Positions 63,810 to 64,000 of a DNA stretch of 64,000 nucleotides are shown in pieces. Within the stretch, counting starts at the first letter, position 1, and each line of letters opens with the position of its first letter. The DNA comes from Felis catus (lineage: Eukaryota): assembly GCF_018350175.1 (NCBI RefSeq), contig NC_058384.1:24242001-24306000 (forward strand), written 5' to 3'. The translations under genes were made by a program, and so were the position numbers. The notes below the pieces were generated by a model that saw nothing but the letters and a program-made list of their open reading frames with translations, was not told where the DNA came from and did not search any database.

Positions 63810-64000
63810 AGTAGAGGCCATGGAATGTAGAGGGCAAGGCCTGGCTCTAAATCCCAGCTTTCACTTACTCCCTGTATGACCTTGGGTATGCTAGTTAACC
63901 TCTCTCTGTCTCAGACTCCTCATCTGTGAGAGAGCGCTAGTAATATACATAGAGTTATTATGGTAATATTAAAAGGATATACAGTACTTAACACAGGGAC
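63810..64000 (+). mobile_element. MIR SINE (runs off the window)
   Basis: TGACCTTGGG..GTTAACCTCTCT..CTCAGACTCCTCATCTGTGAG. Confidence 0.7.

Noticed and set aside
1-64000. A novel multi-gene system, CRISPR array or other prokaryote-type locus
   Set aside because: The sequence is mammalian, with spliceosomal introns and SINEs/LINEs. Tandem repeats are two-copy doublets without spacers. All credible coding signal is explained by RGL1 and L1 remnants.
55194-64000. Upstream RGL1 exon ~4 (YGNL...VIRN-like peptide)
   Set aside because: No matching minus-strand sequence found by eye; the intron appears to continue past the window edge.

Overview
Mammalian genomic DNA, almost certainly a cat-family species (16 feline-type Can-SINEs), from a scaffold-level assembly with three N gaps. 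It is dominated by the 3' part of RGL1 (Ral GDP-dissociation stimulator-like 1) on the minus strand. Fourteen GT-AG coding exons lie between 55193 and 9749 and splice in frame (1882 nt, 626 aa + TGA). They encode the end of the REM domain, the CDC25/RasGEF domain, a Ser-rich linker and the Ras-association domain. They should be human exons 5-18 (numbering recalled); the 5' exons are outside the window. A 3' UTR of about 2.2 kb follows, and its end probably falls in a gap. The rest is intronic or intergenic sequence with Can-SINEs, L1, L2, MIR, MLT1, MER elements and microsatellites. I see no new multi-gene system. Best leads: (1) an LTR-derived, plus-strand terminal-exon-like unit at 5457-5670, probably an alternative last exon of the convergent neighbour COLGALT2; (2) miR-17~92 and miR-141/200a seed sites in the RGL1 3' UTR; (3) an internal, poly(A)-less L1 ORF2 fragment flanked by a 10-bp direct repeat; (4) inverted SINE pairs and a SINE orientation bias; (5) a hairpin over one 3' splice site; (6) candidate CTCF, STAT/ETS and AP-1 sites. 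Repeat subfamily names and human comparisons are from memory, not from searches.
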